The notes beneath the pieces are model-generated. The model made no database searches. It worked only from the letters and a program-made list of their open reading frames with translations, and was not told the DNA's origin. A stretch of DNA of 64,000 bases from a virus: the IMG/VR virus record IMGVR_UViG_3300036770_006330. The stretch is one strand, 5' to 3'. The translations under genes were made by a program, and so were the position numbers. Positions 17,641 to 25,986 of the stretch are shown here, in pieces. Each line of letters starts with the position of its first letter. Position 1 is the first letter of the stretch.

Positions 17641-18381
17641 ATGGCTCGCACAGCGACCAAGAACCAAGAACTGCCGAAATGTTGGCAGACCGTCAAAGAC
17701 GCACTTGACGCAGGTATTGACCGTGTAATCCTGTTTGGAACAGCAGGTGTCGGCAAGACCTACGCAGGTCTGAACTACGGCGAACTCACAGGTGGGGCGC
17801 ACCGTCTTATCTGTACCGACGAAATGACCAACGCAGATGTGACGGGTTGCTGGCAACCCACAGCGTCGGGTTCGTGGTCGTGGCTGGAAGGCGCAGGTAT
17901 CAAGGCGTGGAAAGGCAACGGCAAAGTCGGTGGTCGTCTGGTCATTGACGAGATAGACAAGGCAGGTGGTGATGTGTTCGCCACGCTTCTCGCTATCACG
18001 GACAGCCCAGAGAGCGCACAATGGGAACACCCCCAGACCAAGAAAGTCATCAAGCCGTTGGAAGGCTTCTCTGTCGTGATGACGACGAACATTGAGGAAA
18101 TGTCTGACCTGCCAATGGCACTCAAAGACCGTTTCCCTGTCGCTATCCGTATCAACGAGCCACACCCAGAGGCTCTGTTGCGTATGAGCGAGGACTTGCG
18201 TGACTACGCAAAGGTGATGTGTGACGCTGGTGAGCGTCGTATCTCACTCCGTTCGTTCTACGCATACGACAAGTTGCGTAATGCTCTTGGCGCAAAGAAA
18301 GCCGCCGAGATGGTGTTCGGCAACCGTGCCAAGTCGTTCCTTGACGCTATCCAAGTGGATACAGGCAAGAAAGTCGTCTGA
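17641..18381 (+). CDS. MoxR/CbbQ/CobS-like AAA+ ATPase
   Basis: Walker A GTAGVGKT, Walker B LVIDEID, sensor TTN, ALKDRF. Confidence 0.88.
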   Translation: MARTATKNQELPKCWQTVKDALDAGIDRVILFGTAGVGKTYAGLNYGELTGGAHRLICTDEMTNADVTGCWQPTASGSWSWLEGAGIKAWKGNGKVGGRLVIDEIDKAGGDVFATLLAITDSPESAQWEHPQTKKVIKPLEGFSVVMTTNIEEMSDLPMALKDRFPVAIRINEPHPEALLRMSEDLRDYAKVMCDAGERRISLRSFYAYDKLRNALGAKKAAEMVFGNRAKSFLDAIQVDTGKKVV

Positions 18382-19985
18382 TGTCCACAAAGGTCAAAGA
18401 GAACTCTGGCTACAAAGTCGTGGGGGTCACAACCCCCACGCAAGTAGTTCCAGACGCAGAAATGCTGAACCGTGACGACTTGGAGAGTGGGCGTTGGGTT
18501 ATTCACTCAACCACAAACTCTGGTGACGAAATCGGTCTGGACACAGACGCTCGCACAATGTTCGTTCCGACATACGACGACGAACTCTCTCGCCACTTGC
18601 GAGCGCAACAGATGTTCTACGCCAAGTGTTCGCCAACTCCGAAACAATGGAACAAGTTGTGGGCGAAGCGTGGCTACGCAAGCACTCGCACCATTACTGC
18701 CTGTGAGCAACTCCGTATCACGACGCTGATGATGAACGCTGGCTTTGAGCCACACAAGAACTTACAGCGTGGTTCGGAAATGCTTGACGGCTTCACAATG
18801 GCTACTCACAACGACTTTCAGGCAGTTGTATTGGGTGCTATCTCCTGCCATAACACGCAAGGCGAGCAAGCGTTCCTTGACGGAGTGAAAGCAGTCCACC
18901 CCGAGTGGATAGAACCACTCGTCACTATCACCACGCAAGCAACCGACTTCTACAACGCCGTTGAGAAACACAACAAGCAAGCACTCAAAGACGAGTGTGC
19001 GTGGCGTTGTATTCCACCACTCAACGCAACGGGTACAAATGTTCGTACTCACGGCTTTGGCTACACAGAGCAACTCGCTAAGTGGGTGGAGAACATCATT
19101 GGCGCACTCACCGACGAGGGAAAGTCTCAGCCGAAACTTGGCAAGCCAGAGCAGACCCAAGACAAAGAAGGCGAGGGCGAAGGCGAGGGCGAAAGCAAGA
19201 GCGACAAGGACAAAGACGGTGAAGGCTTGTCCAAGAGCGAACTACGCAAACTCTTGCGTGGTATCAAAGAGAGTGCCAAAGAGAAACAGGCTTGGCATCA
19301 CGGAACAGTACCCACTAAGGGCGTGAAGCAAATGTGGGGAGAGTTGCGTATCTCCAAGCCAGCACTCACCAAGCACCTTATGGGTGCTATTGGCAAGAAG
19401 CGTGTTGCGTCGCAGACAGGTCGCAACCCACGCCGTATGTCTCGCTTGCTCACAGACCCAGAGCGTCGTATCTTTGACCGTACCGTGCGTGGGGCAGGTG
19501 GAGTGGTACTCGTAGATACGAGTGGCTCTATGTCTCTCTCTGAGGAACAGGTCAAGCAAATCGTTATCCACGCACCGTCAGCACTTGTGGCGCAGTATTC
19601 GGGTGGCTCTCGTATTCGCCCGAACCTGTATGTAATCGCCAACAAGGGTCGTATGGTGGACAAGTTGCCACGCCCGAACGGTTCTAACGAGGTGGACTTT
19701 CCAGCGTTGGAGTGGGCTATCAAGCAACGCCAACGCCCGAACTCGCCTGTTATCTGGGTATCAGACGGTGGAGTGACGGGTCGTGGCGACAACTGCCACG
19801 ACGACCTAACAATGGCGTGTATTCGTCTGTGTAAGAAAGAAGGCGTGTATGTCGTGCCAGACCCAGACACGGCGATAGTCCTACTCAAACGCTTACAGCG
19901 TGGCGAGAAGGTGACGAGCGTTGTACCCGACACTCTCAAAGAAACCTACAAAGAGGCAACAGGTCAAGAACTCGTACTCCGTTAG
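18381..19985 (+). CDS. vWA-domain protein (CobT-like partner of the AAA+ ATPase)
   Basis: MIDAS DTSGS, later VSDG; acidic EGEGEGE linker; translationally coupled. Confidence 0.82.
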   Translation: MSTKVKENSGYKVVGVTTPTQVVPDAEMLNRDDLESGRWVIHSTTNSGDEIGLDTDARTMFVPTYDDELSRHLRAQQMFYAKCSPTPKQWNKLWAKRGYASTRTITACEQLRITTLMMNAGFEPHKNLQRGSEMLDGFTMATHNDFQAVVLGAISCHNTQGEQAFLDGVKAVHPEWIEPLVTITTQATDFYNAVEKHNKQALKDECAWRCIPPLNATGTNVRTHGFGYTEQLAKWVENIIGALTDEGKSQPKLGKPEQTQDKEGEGEGEGESKSDKDKDGEGLSKSELRKLLRGIKESAKEKQAWHHGTVPTKGVKQMWGELRISKPALTKHLMGAIGKKRVASQTGRNPRRMSRLLTDPERRIFDRTVRGAGGVVLVDTSGSMSLSEEQVKQIVIHAPSALVAQYSGGSRIRPNLYVIANKGRMVDKLPRPNGSNEVDFPALEWAIKQRQRPNSPVIWVSDGGVTGRGDNCHDDLTMACIRLCKKEGVYVVPDPDTAIVLLKRLQRGEKVTSVVPDTLKETYKEATGQELVLR

Positions 19986-19996
19986 GAGTGCGAAGG

Positions 19997-20040
19997 TGGG
20001 CTGGTCTGGTCAAATCACGCTTCCTTGCCAGACCAGCCCA
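19997..20040. terminator. 13-bp inverted repeat after the vWA gene
   Basis: TGGGCTGGTCTGG...CCAGACCAGCCCA. Confidence 0.6.
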
Positions 20041-20109
20041 CAGAAACACGCAATAGGAAGCGATTACAGACGAGTTAGAGAAGCGTCGGCTACCTAGATA
20101 GGGGGGCAA

Positions 20110-20247
20110 ATGAGCGACGACAAGTGCCACAACTGCCAGACAACAAACCCAGACGACGACATACAAGAAGGTCTGTGCGCTGAGTGCTTCCGTGACTTGC
20201 CAGAAGGCGAGTGGCACACAGCAGGTACTTGGGGGAAAGCGAAATGA
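20110..20247 (+). CDS. 45-aa CxxC...CxxC zinc-ribbon protein (not in ORF track)
   Basis: MSDDKCHNC...LCAECF; ATGA overlap with the next ORF. Confidence 0.6.
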   Translation: MSDDKCHNCQTTNPDDDIQEGLCAECFRDLPEGEWHTAGTWGKAK

Positions 20248-20393
20248 GCGACACATCATCTGAGCAAACGCTCACGCCAGAGGAACGCAAGGAACTGAAA
20301 GAACAGTTGGAATACGCACTCGCACAACCAGAAGGAACGCTACAACGACTTCTGGGGGAGTTGTTGGTGAAACTCAACCCACCCATTGAGTAG
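20244..20393 (+). CDS. small hypothetical protein
   Basis: MSDTSSEQ... Confidence 0.6.
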   Translation: MSDTSSEQTLTPEERKELKEQLEYALAQPEGTLQRLLGELLVKLNPPIE

Positions 20394-20405
20394 TGCTAAC
20401 TGTTT

Positions 20406-20420
20406 GACGGTGGCGTATGA
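20406..20420 (+). repeat. polar 15-mer copy 14
   Basis: GACGGTGGCGTATGA. Confidence 0.9.
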
Positions 20421-20421
20421 C

Positions 20422-20670
20422 CTATCGCTTGCTCATTAGGTTCTTGTCGTAGAACCTAACAAACAGAAAGATGTATCCGAGAAGCAAGCAGTAGCGATAC
20501 GAGATAATGTCGTCTATGACTTGCTCGTATCTCAGTATGAGAAGGGCTAACCACAAGCCAAAGCCATAGACGAAGCCCGACGCTAGAAAGCCCAACACGC
20601 CAGCCAAGACAAGGCTGGTTGTTGTTGGTGGCTTTTCTTTCGGTGTTGTCTTTGGAAACTGATTAGGCAT
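20422..20670 (-). CDS. small two-TM membrane protein
   Basis: two hydrophobic segments. Confidence 0.65.
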   Translation of the reverse strand: MPNQFPKTTPKEKPPTTTSLVLAGVLGFLASGFVYGFGLWLALLILRYEQVIDDIISYRYCLLLGYIFLFVRFYDKNLMSKR

Positions 20671-21052
20671 TGGTCATCTGTGGCTTGCGAACACGACGCA
20701 AGATTTGATGAACACGCTGGCGAGACAGTCCGTACTCGTCGGCAATACTTTGGAGTGAGCGACCTGCTTCTCTCGCGTTTAGCATTGCTTCATCTCGCTG
20801 TGCGTCGCCCATAGGTCCCGGCTTACACGGCCCCCAAGACCAACCGGAGAACTTCTCCAACTCGATTTGGCGTTCGCTCGACAGACTTCCAGCACGGTAT
20901 TTCACTCGGAGATAACTCACCCACGAACCAAGCGAAACAACAGTTCCATCAACGGCGACTTTCGCTGCCGCAGGAACTCTTGCGTGTCCGTGCTGTGAAG
21001 TGAACAACTCCAAAGCCTTTATGTTTCTTGCCCATTTTTCTGAGGTTCTCAT
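20663..21052 (-). CDS. helicase-associated (HA)-domain plus sigma70-region-4-like HTH protein
   Basis: W...L..F...HGH.RVP...LGSWV...R...L..ER...L...GWSW followed by G.SLQSIADEYGLSRQRVHQI. Confidence 0.8.
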   Translation of the reverse strand: MRTSEKWARNIKALELFTSQHGHARVPAAAKVAVDGTVVSLGSWVSYLRVKYRAGSLSSERQIELEKFSGWSWGPCKPGPMGDAQRDEAMLNAREAGRSLQSIADEYGLSRQRVHQILRRVRKPQMTNA

Positions 21053-21148
21053 AGTCAAGAGGCTAATACAGATTTGGCTGCTGCGGCGGAAGCTCGAGGG
21101 ACATCTGGCAGTCCCGTTCCGGACTCGAGTGAACACGGGGCTTTTACT

Positions 21149-21163
21149 GACGGTGGCGGATGA
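21149..21163 (+). repeat. polar 15-mer copy 15
   Basis: GACGGTGGCGGATGA. Confidence 0.9.
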
Positions 21164-21250
21164 CATCCGGTGGGACGCCGGTTTCTGGTCGAGCACGGGT
21201 TGCGAAATCGACTTAGCCCCTGTACTGTTCACCCCACAAGGAGAAGGAAC

Positions 21251-21463
21251 ATGAAGACATACACCAAAGAAGACATCCAGAAAATGAAGGCAAATCCCAA
21301 GGAGTTGGTCGGCACTCGTGGTCTTATGGACTGCGGTGAACTCACTGTTGGGGTGCACATCAAGGACACACGGGTTCGGTTCGGTCACATCGACTTGCTG
21401 GTCACGCCTCTCGCAGGTGCGGGCGAAGTCTGGGTGGAAAAACACCGTGTCACTCCTGCGTGA
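21251..21463 (+). CDS. hypothetical protein
   Basis: AAGGA SD; promoter TTGCGA-N17-TACTGT at 21200-21228. Confidence 0.7.
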   Translation: MKTYTKEDIQKMKANPKELVGTRGLMDCGELTVGVHIKDTRVRFGHIDLLVTPLAGAGEVWVEKHRVTPA

Positions 21464-21513
21464 CTCAAGTCACAAAGTAAATACTTGACAATTATCGGTG
21501 GGGTATGTACCTT
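21459..21513 (+). promoter_or_regulatory. CRP-like box plus SigA-type promoter
   Basis: CGTGA-N6-TCACA (21459-21474), 10 nt, then TTGACA-N17-TACCTT. Confidence 0.72.
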
Positions 21514-21547
21514 GTACCCCACAGTACCTACTACCTAAGGAGTGCCC

Positions 21548-21703
21548 GTGCCCAAAGAATTCATGGTCAAGTTCACAGTGCCTGACGAGGTCGACCCAGA
21601 CGAGTTAATCAGCCTCATGGCAGATGACTTCTTCTACGCCAACCGAGAGACAGAGGACTTCGGTCCGCTGCTGGGTCACATCTTGTTCGAGGTCGTCAAA
21701 TGA
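21548..21703 (+). CDS. 51-aa acidic protein (not in ORF track)
   Basis: GTG start after AAGGAG; ATGA overlap with the next ORF. Confidence 0.6.
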   Translation: MPKEFMVKFTVPDEVDPDELISLMADDFFYANRETEDFGPLLGHILFEVVK

Positions 21704-21888
21704 GCGACAAACTTCTCGACCTCGAAGAAAGTCTCACTCACGCTATTCATGTGCTCCAAGGAGTGCTGAATGATGTGAAGTCAGGGAAATACACCAAAGA
21801 ACAAGCAGCGCTAGATGCTGAGAACCTCACATACACCGAGGGTCTCGACTTCATCTCTGCTTTAAGCGATTACGCCGAGGAGGAGTAA
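21700..21888 (+). CDS. hypothetical protein
   Basis: coupled ORF. Confidence 0.65.
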   Translation: MSDKLLDLEESLTHAIHVLQGVLNDVKSGKYTKEQAALDAENLTYTEGLDFISALSDYAEEE

Positions 21889-22151
21889 TGAACAAAGAAC
21901 AACGCGATAACGACTGGTCGCAGATATGCGATGAAATCTTCAAATCATTGGCTGAAGCAGAGAAGACTCTCGCAGCCATGAAGAAGGCTCTCACCACAAA
22001 CGCAGACCAGAAAACCATCTTCGATGTTGCCAAAACATTCAATGCGATTTCCCGTGATATCGAGTTCCTCATGGATGATGCGGAACTTTGGGTGAAACTC
22101 AACGAAATCGAGGACTTCATCTACAAGCCACGCTTGGAGGTAATTAAATGA
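21888..22151 (+). CDS. hypothetical protein
   Basis: GGAGGAG SD, coupled. Confidence 0.7.
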   Translation: MNKEQRDNDWSQICDEIFKSLAEAEKTLAAMKKALTTNADQKTIFDVAKTFNAISRDIEFLMDDAELWVKLNEIEDFIYKPRLEVIK

Positions 22152-22348
22152 ACGGAATGCCCTACAAGGTCTTTCGCGCGGACCACTGGATAAGCGTGGA
22201 GTTTCTCGGCTCTGCTGGGAAAATAACTTTCCGCTGCGAGGACGACGACGAAGCAATTAAACAGGAACTTTTCTGGCAGGACGTCATTGCGATGGCAGAG
22301 AACTGGGATTCACACCTAGAGGAGGATGACGACGATGTGGTTTCATGA
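22148..22348 (+). CDS. hypothetical protein
   Basis: GGAGG SD. Confidence 0.65.
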   Translation: MNGMPYKVFRADHWISVEFLGSAGKITFRCEDDDEAIKQELFWQDVIAMAENWDSHLEEDDDDVVS

Positions 22349-22547
22349 CCTGCACCGGTATTACATGGTGCTGCGCGCGCGCTGGTACTTCTATCGAGAG
22401 GGGTACCGCAATGGCGGGCTGCCATGTTGGCACTGTGTCTTCGTGCCAGACGAAATCGATGGGAAGTTCTACCCAATCTGGTTGACTTGTACCAATCCAG
22501 AATTCGGAGGAGTTCAGGACGATGGCTGCAACTGGGGAAATGTGTGA
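22335..22547 (+). CDS. hypothetical protein
   Basis: coupled ORF; start uncertain. Confidence 0.5.
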   Translation: MWFHDLHRYYMVLRARWYFYREGYRNGGLPCWHCVFVPDEIDGKFYPIWLTCTNPEFGGVQDDGCNWGNV

Positions 22548-22909
22548 ACTGTTTCGAAAGTCAGACCTGCGTTGACTGCGGCATCGACACGCTCGAAGCC
22601 AAGGAGTACTACATGGTTACTGACAACTGCTGGAAGCGTGCTGGGATGCGACCGTATGACGGGATGCTCTGTATTGGCTGCCTAGAGTCTCGCCTTGGAA
22701 AGAAGTTGACTCCCCGCAACTTCAGTGAGTGCCCGCTGAACTGGCGCAACACCCTGGTCCCCGACTACGCGTCGGACCGCCTGGTCAGCCGTCTGTACCA
22801 TGGCGGCAAGAACTCGAAGTGGGCTCGAGGAGCACTGGCTGCCATCGAAGAACTCAGCCGCGGGGAGGCACGCCTATTGGAATCCCTCACTCTTGTGGAG
22901 TTTCGCTAA
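22544..22909 (+). CDS. zinc-binding hypothetical protein
   Basis: CVDC...YMV.D..W...LCIGCLE.RLG..L...F; GTG start overlapping upstream stop. Confidence 0.7.
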   Translation: MNCFESQTCVDCGIDTLEAKEYYMVTDNCWKRAGMRPYDGMLCIGCLESRLGKKLTPRNFSECPLNWRNTLVPDYASDRLVSRLYHGGKNSKWARGALAAIEELSRGEARLLESLTLVEFR

Positions 22910-22912
22910 CAC

Positions 22913-22927
22913 AACGGTGGTGGATGA
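22913..22927 (+). repeat. polar 15-mer copy 16
   Basis: AACGGTGGTGGATGA, 2 nt upstream of TTGACA-N17-TAAAGT (22930-22958). Confidence 0.85.
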
Positions 22928-22997
22928 TGTTGACAAAGATGAACATAACCATTAAAGTTATTAAACAAGTAGCTCCGGCTGCAGAAGGGAAACAATC

Positions 22998-23420
22998 ATG
23001 ACCGTTACGACACCAGTCGAATCGGACGCAAAGGTTCAAGTCCGCGTTGAAGTAACCGAGACTCGGCTTAGCACCGAGTACTACGACATCGACGCCAAGG
23101 ACCTGCCCCCAAACTGGCACTCGATGAACCAGGACGAACAACACGTCTGGATTCGCGCGCGCGGCAATGTTGTGAAGAACAACGTTGAAGAGATTCAGGA
23201 ACGCACTGATGGGGTGTTCCTCTCCTGGGAGAAATCGCACCCGGAATGGACCGTTACGTTTACGTATACACAATCCGAGATTGTCTCTGCAGCCAATCGC
23301 GAGGCTGCAATTAATAAAGCACGCATGGCAATTGCCCGTACGTACGATGACCCAGACGGTGCCATCCAGGTCCTTGGCGACGCTGATGTTGACGTCCTCG
23401 ACGGACGCTGGGGTCTCTGA
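22998..23420 (+). CDS. hypothetical protein
   Basis: GAAGGGA SD. Confidence 0.75.
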   Translation: MTVTTPVESDAKVQVRVEVTETRLSTEYYDIDAKDLPPNWHSMNQDEQHVWIRARGNVVKNNVEEIQERTDGVFLSWEKSHPEWTVTFTYTQSEIVSAANREAAINKARMAIARTYDDPDGAIQVLGDADVDVLDGRWGL

Positions 23421-23668
23421 TGGAGCCGATAAAGATTGGCGCTGACGTCGTCTACATCTGGGAAGACAACCCGTCCCAGGAGCTCCATGGATATATATCC
23501 TTTGCTGACTGGGAAGATGATGCGGACGAAGACGCGTATGGCGTAAACGACCTCGACATTTTCTTTTTCTCGAGTGAAGCTGAGCTCCCGGAGCTAATGA
23601 AGCCGCATAATGGCTCTGACTTCCGGGTCCTATCCTTCGAGTATCGCATGGCTGACGGTGGTGGATGA
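23420..23668 (+). CDS. acidic hypothetical protein
   Basis: coupled ORF; last codons are 15-mer copy 17. Confidence 0.7.
   Translation: MEPIKIGADVVYIWEDNPSQELHGYISFADWEDDADEDAYGVNDLDIFFFSSEAELPELMKPHNGSDFRVLSFEYRMADGGG
23654..23668 (+). repeat. polar 15-mer copy 17
   Basis: GACGGTGGTGGATGA. Confidence 0.8.
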
Positions 23669-24009
23669 TGGGAATACTTGATGTGAAAGAGACCGAAGAC
23701 CTGGTCAATCGACTGTTCCTTTGGGATGCCATCGAAAAACGCGGCACGCCAATCACCAATGACATTTATGTCGTCGATATCGACATGTTGTCCCATGAGC
23801 AACGACTGGTTATCACCGGTGGTGACCCTGAGGAGATTCAAAAGCTTGTCGACGAGTTCGGCAGCACGCTAGAATCACAGTTGACACTGTCGATACGTAT
23901 ATTTGCCAAGCTGGTAAACACCATCTATGACAAGGCGTCGCCGGCGCAGCAAGGTCAGATTATGGACCTCATCCGCAACACACTTAAAGACATCGAGGAG
24001 GAAGAATGA
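23665..24009 (+). CDS. hypothetical protein
   Basis: coupled ORF. Confidence 0.7.
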   Translation: MMGILDVKETEDLVNRLFLWDAIEKRGTPITNDIYVVDIDMLSHEQRLVITGGDPEEIQKLVDEFGSTLESQLTLSIRIFAKLVNTIYDKASPAQQGQIMDLIRNTLKDIEEEE

Positions 24010-24164
24010 AACACGTAGTAGTACTGGGAATTGCCTTCGAAGTGGAGGCGGACGACCGCGAACAGGCTGAAGCCAAGGCTTTTGCTGCGCTGCAGGAGCA
24101 CACCCGCGCGACCGTAACGGACGGGTTCTGGGTAGAAGACACCCGTGAGCTCCAAGGGTCCTAA
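24006..24164 (+). CDS. 52-aa hypothetical protein (not in ORF track)
   Basis: MKHVVVLGIAFEVEADD...; GGAGG SD, ATGA overlap. Confidence 0.65.
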   Translation: MKHVVVLGIAFEVEADDREQAEAKAFAALQEHTRATVTDGFWVEDTRELQGS

Positions 24165-24391
24165 TGCTGTCTCGCGAGCTAAATTTAACTGAAACCCTTC
24201 GCCTGGCGCGCCTAGTAGAGGGTAAACCAATCAGCCGCAGCCGGCTGGGGTCTCCATGCCGCTTTGTCCGCCGCATCGACATACTGGTCCACCTCGTGGT
24301 GCCCGAGCTGATTGAAGACGCGTTTCCTCGAGTCGCGCGATATCTCCGACGGACGTCTCCTCGATGGGGCCGCAGCTGGCGCTCATGGTAA
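24164..24391 (+). CDS. hypothetical protein
   Basis: TAATG coupling. Confidence 0.5.
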   Translation: MLSRELNLTETLRLARLVEGKPISRSRLGSPCRFVRRIDILVHLVVPELIEDAFPRVARYLRRTSPRWGRSWRSW

Positions 24392-24486
24392 GTAGCTACT
24401 AATGGCAAAGTATCTAGCCACGGCAATCATCATCTGGTTCTTCCTATTTTCGTGACAGCTATTTGTTGTTGTACTATTTTCTTCCT

Positions 24487-24651
24487 ATGAAGAACGTCAA
24501 CAAGACAAGGCACTGGCGCTGCGGTACATGCGGCAATCAACTCACGACATTTGTAAACCTGAGTTGTCCACCAGAGTGCGGCAACCCGAGTGTGCACAGC
24601 ACGCGTCGTGTTGTTATGGAGCAAGTTAAAAAATTAGTAAACGCTTCGTAG
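24487..24651 (+). CDS. small zinc-ribbon protein
   Basis: WRCGTCG...CPPEC. Confidence 0.55.
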   Translation: MKNVNKTRHWRCGTCGNQLTTFVNLSCPPECGNPSVHSTRRVVMEQVKKLVNAS

Positions 24652-24666
24652 TATCGCTAACCCTTT

Positions 24667-24681
24667 GACGGTGGCGGATGA
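24667..24681 (+). repeat. polar 15-mer copy 18
   Basis: GACGGTGGCGGATGA. Confidence 0.9.
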
Positions 24682-24700
24682 GGTGTGATAGAAATGAAAC

Positions 24701-25192
24701 ATGCACCTCACACAAAATGCTCCGACCACTTGGAATCAAGCTGCTGAAGTAAGCGCATCACAAATCTTTTCGAGTTTGACTTCGGCCCACGTCAATCTCG
24801 GAACTTTGCGCACGACGTTCGAACGCCTTTCTACCTCGTATTTCTCGGACTTTTCTGACTGCTCGAAAGAACGAGCATCAATTCTGTGGGAATCAATTGG
24901 TACATGCGCTCTCGAGTGGGGCGTAATGCATTCGATAATCATTTCGAAGGACCATCTTGTCTCGACTCTTGTTCGAAAGCAACGGGACTACGGACACAAC
25001 AACATCGCAAAATATGGCCGGCAGGGACTCATCATTCGAGTACACGACAAAATCGCCCGCCTGGAGAACCTGGTTGCGAAGAACTCAACGGCTGCAAATG
25101 AACCAATCGAAGACACCATTCTCGACATCGCCGGCTATTCGGCCATCGGCATGATGTGGGAAGCCGGGACTTTCTTACTCCCGCTCGAGTAA
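24701..25192 (+). CDS. DUF1599 / nucleotide-modification-associated domain 1 (Nmad1) protein
   Basis: RKQRDYG...R.HDK.ARL.NL....E.I.DT.LDIAGY. Confidence 0.8.
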   Translation: MHLTQNAPTTWNQAAEVSASQIFSSLTSAHVNLGTLRTTFERLSTSYFSDFSDCSKERASILWESIGTCALEWGVMHSIIISKDHLVSTLVRKQRDYGHNNIAKYGRQGLIIRVHDKIARLENLVAKNSTAANEPIEDTILDIAGYSAIGMMWEAGTFLLPLE

Positions 25193-25359
25193 AAGGTGCG
25201 GTGGGGGAGCTCGCCGGCAAGCCACCTACCAACTTCCGCGAACTACAACCCCACCGCTACTGACGAAGGGAGAAGGGGGAACCTTCGCCAGCGCTTTATA
25301 GAATAGCTGTTTACTATTCGCTGCGGCGGAACCACCCGGGGCTTTCATTGCCCTAGTAC

Positions 25360-25374
25360 GACGGTGGTGGATGA
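25360..25374 (+). repeat. polar 15-mer copy 19
   Basis: GACGGTGGTGGATGA preceded by CCCGGGGCTTT. Confidence 0.88.
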
Positions 25375-25758
25375 ACCGGATGCGCAACCGGCCGAGGACC
25401 CGTCACGAGACAGACGGGTTGCGAAAAAAGAATGCGCACGCGACCTACATGCGCCAACAACGAGAACGCCCACGCGCTGCGCGAGTGCGGGTATTTACTA
25501 CAAACTCGTTCCCTTCGGCAATATGGAGCTATCGCTCCGTAATTGCCGAGGGTTAAACAACTTTCTTGGTAGAACAAATTGGAAGGACAACCAGATGATT
25601 GACATGTTGTACTGAATCCCGTGGACTGGGGAACACCATGTCACCCCACACGCATGTTGTAACTCGTACTTCTACATACTGGGAATAAGAAAAAACTACC
25701 GATTTTTTTCGACCCTGTCAAGCACGTCAAATGCGATATTTCCTAACAAAATAGGGGG

Positions 25759-25787
25759 TTGACAAAAAAATTTTTGGGCCCTATGCT
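25759..25787 (+). promoter_or_regulatory. SigA-type promoter
   Basis: TTGACA-N17-TATGCT. Confidence 0.75.
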
Positions 25788-25821
25788 GTCAGGACACCAA
25801 GTAGCTACTAGGAGGAACATC

Positions 25822-25986
25822 ATGAACATCGGAGTAATCACCAGTGCCCCATCGGTCATCTGCATGGAGTGCGCAGCCGACGACAAGGTCGACTGGGCAA
25901 CTTCGGATGGCTATCCGGACGGATTCACATGCGACGACTGCGGCAGCGTGGTTGACTCGCGCGGAGAGGTAACCAGTGGCCTTTAA
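25822..25986 (+). CDS. small CxxC...CxxC protein
   Basis: AGGAGG SD; CMEC, CDDC. Confidence 0.65.
   Translation: MNIGVITSAPSVICMECAADDKVDWATSDGYPDGFTCDDCGSVVDSRGEVTSGL

Noticed and set aside
3774-23765. Long antisense ORFs (3774-4520, 13273-13995, 14072-14656, 19298-19939, 22887-23765)
   Set aside because: Shadow frames opposite motif-supported or promoter-supported genes, with no recognisable domains
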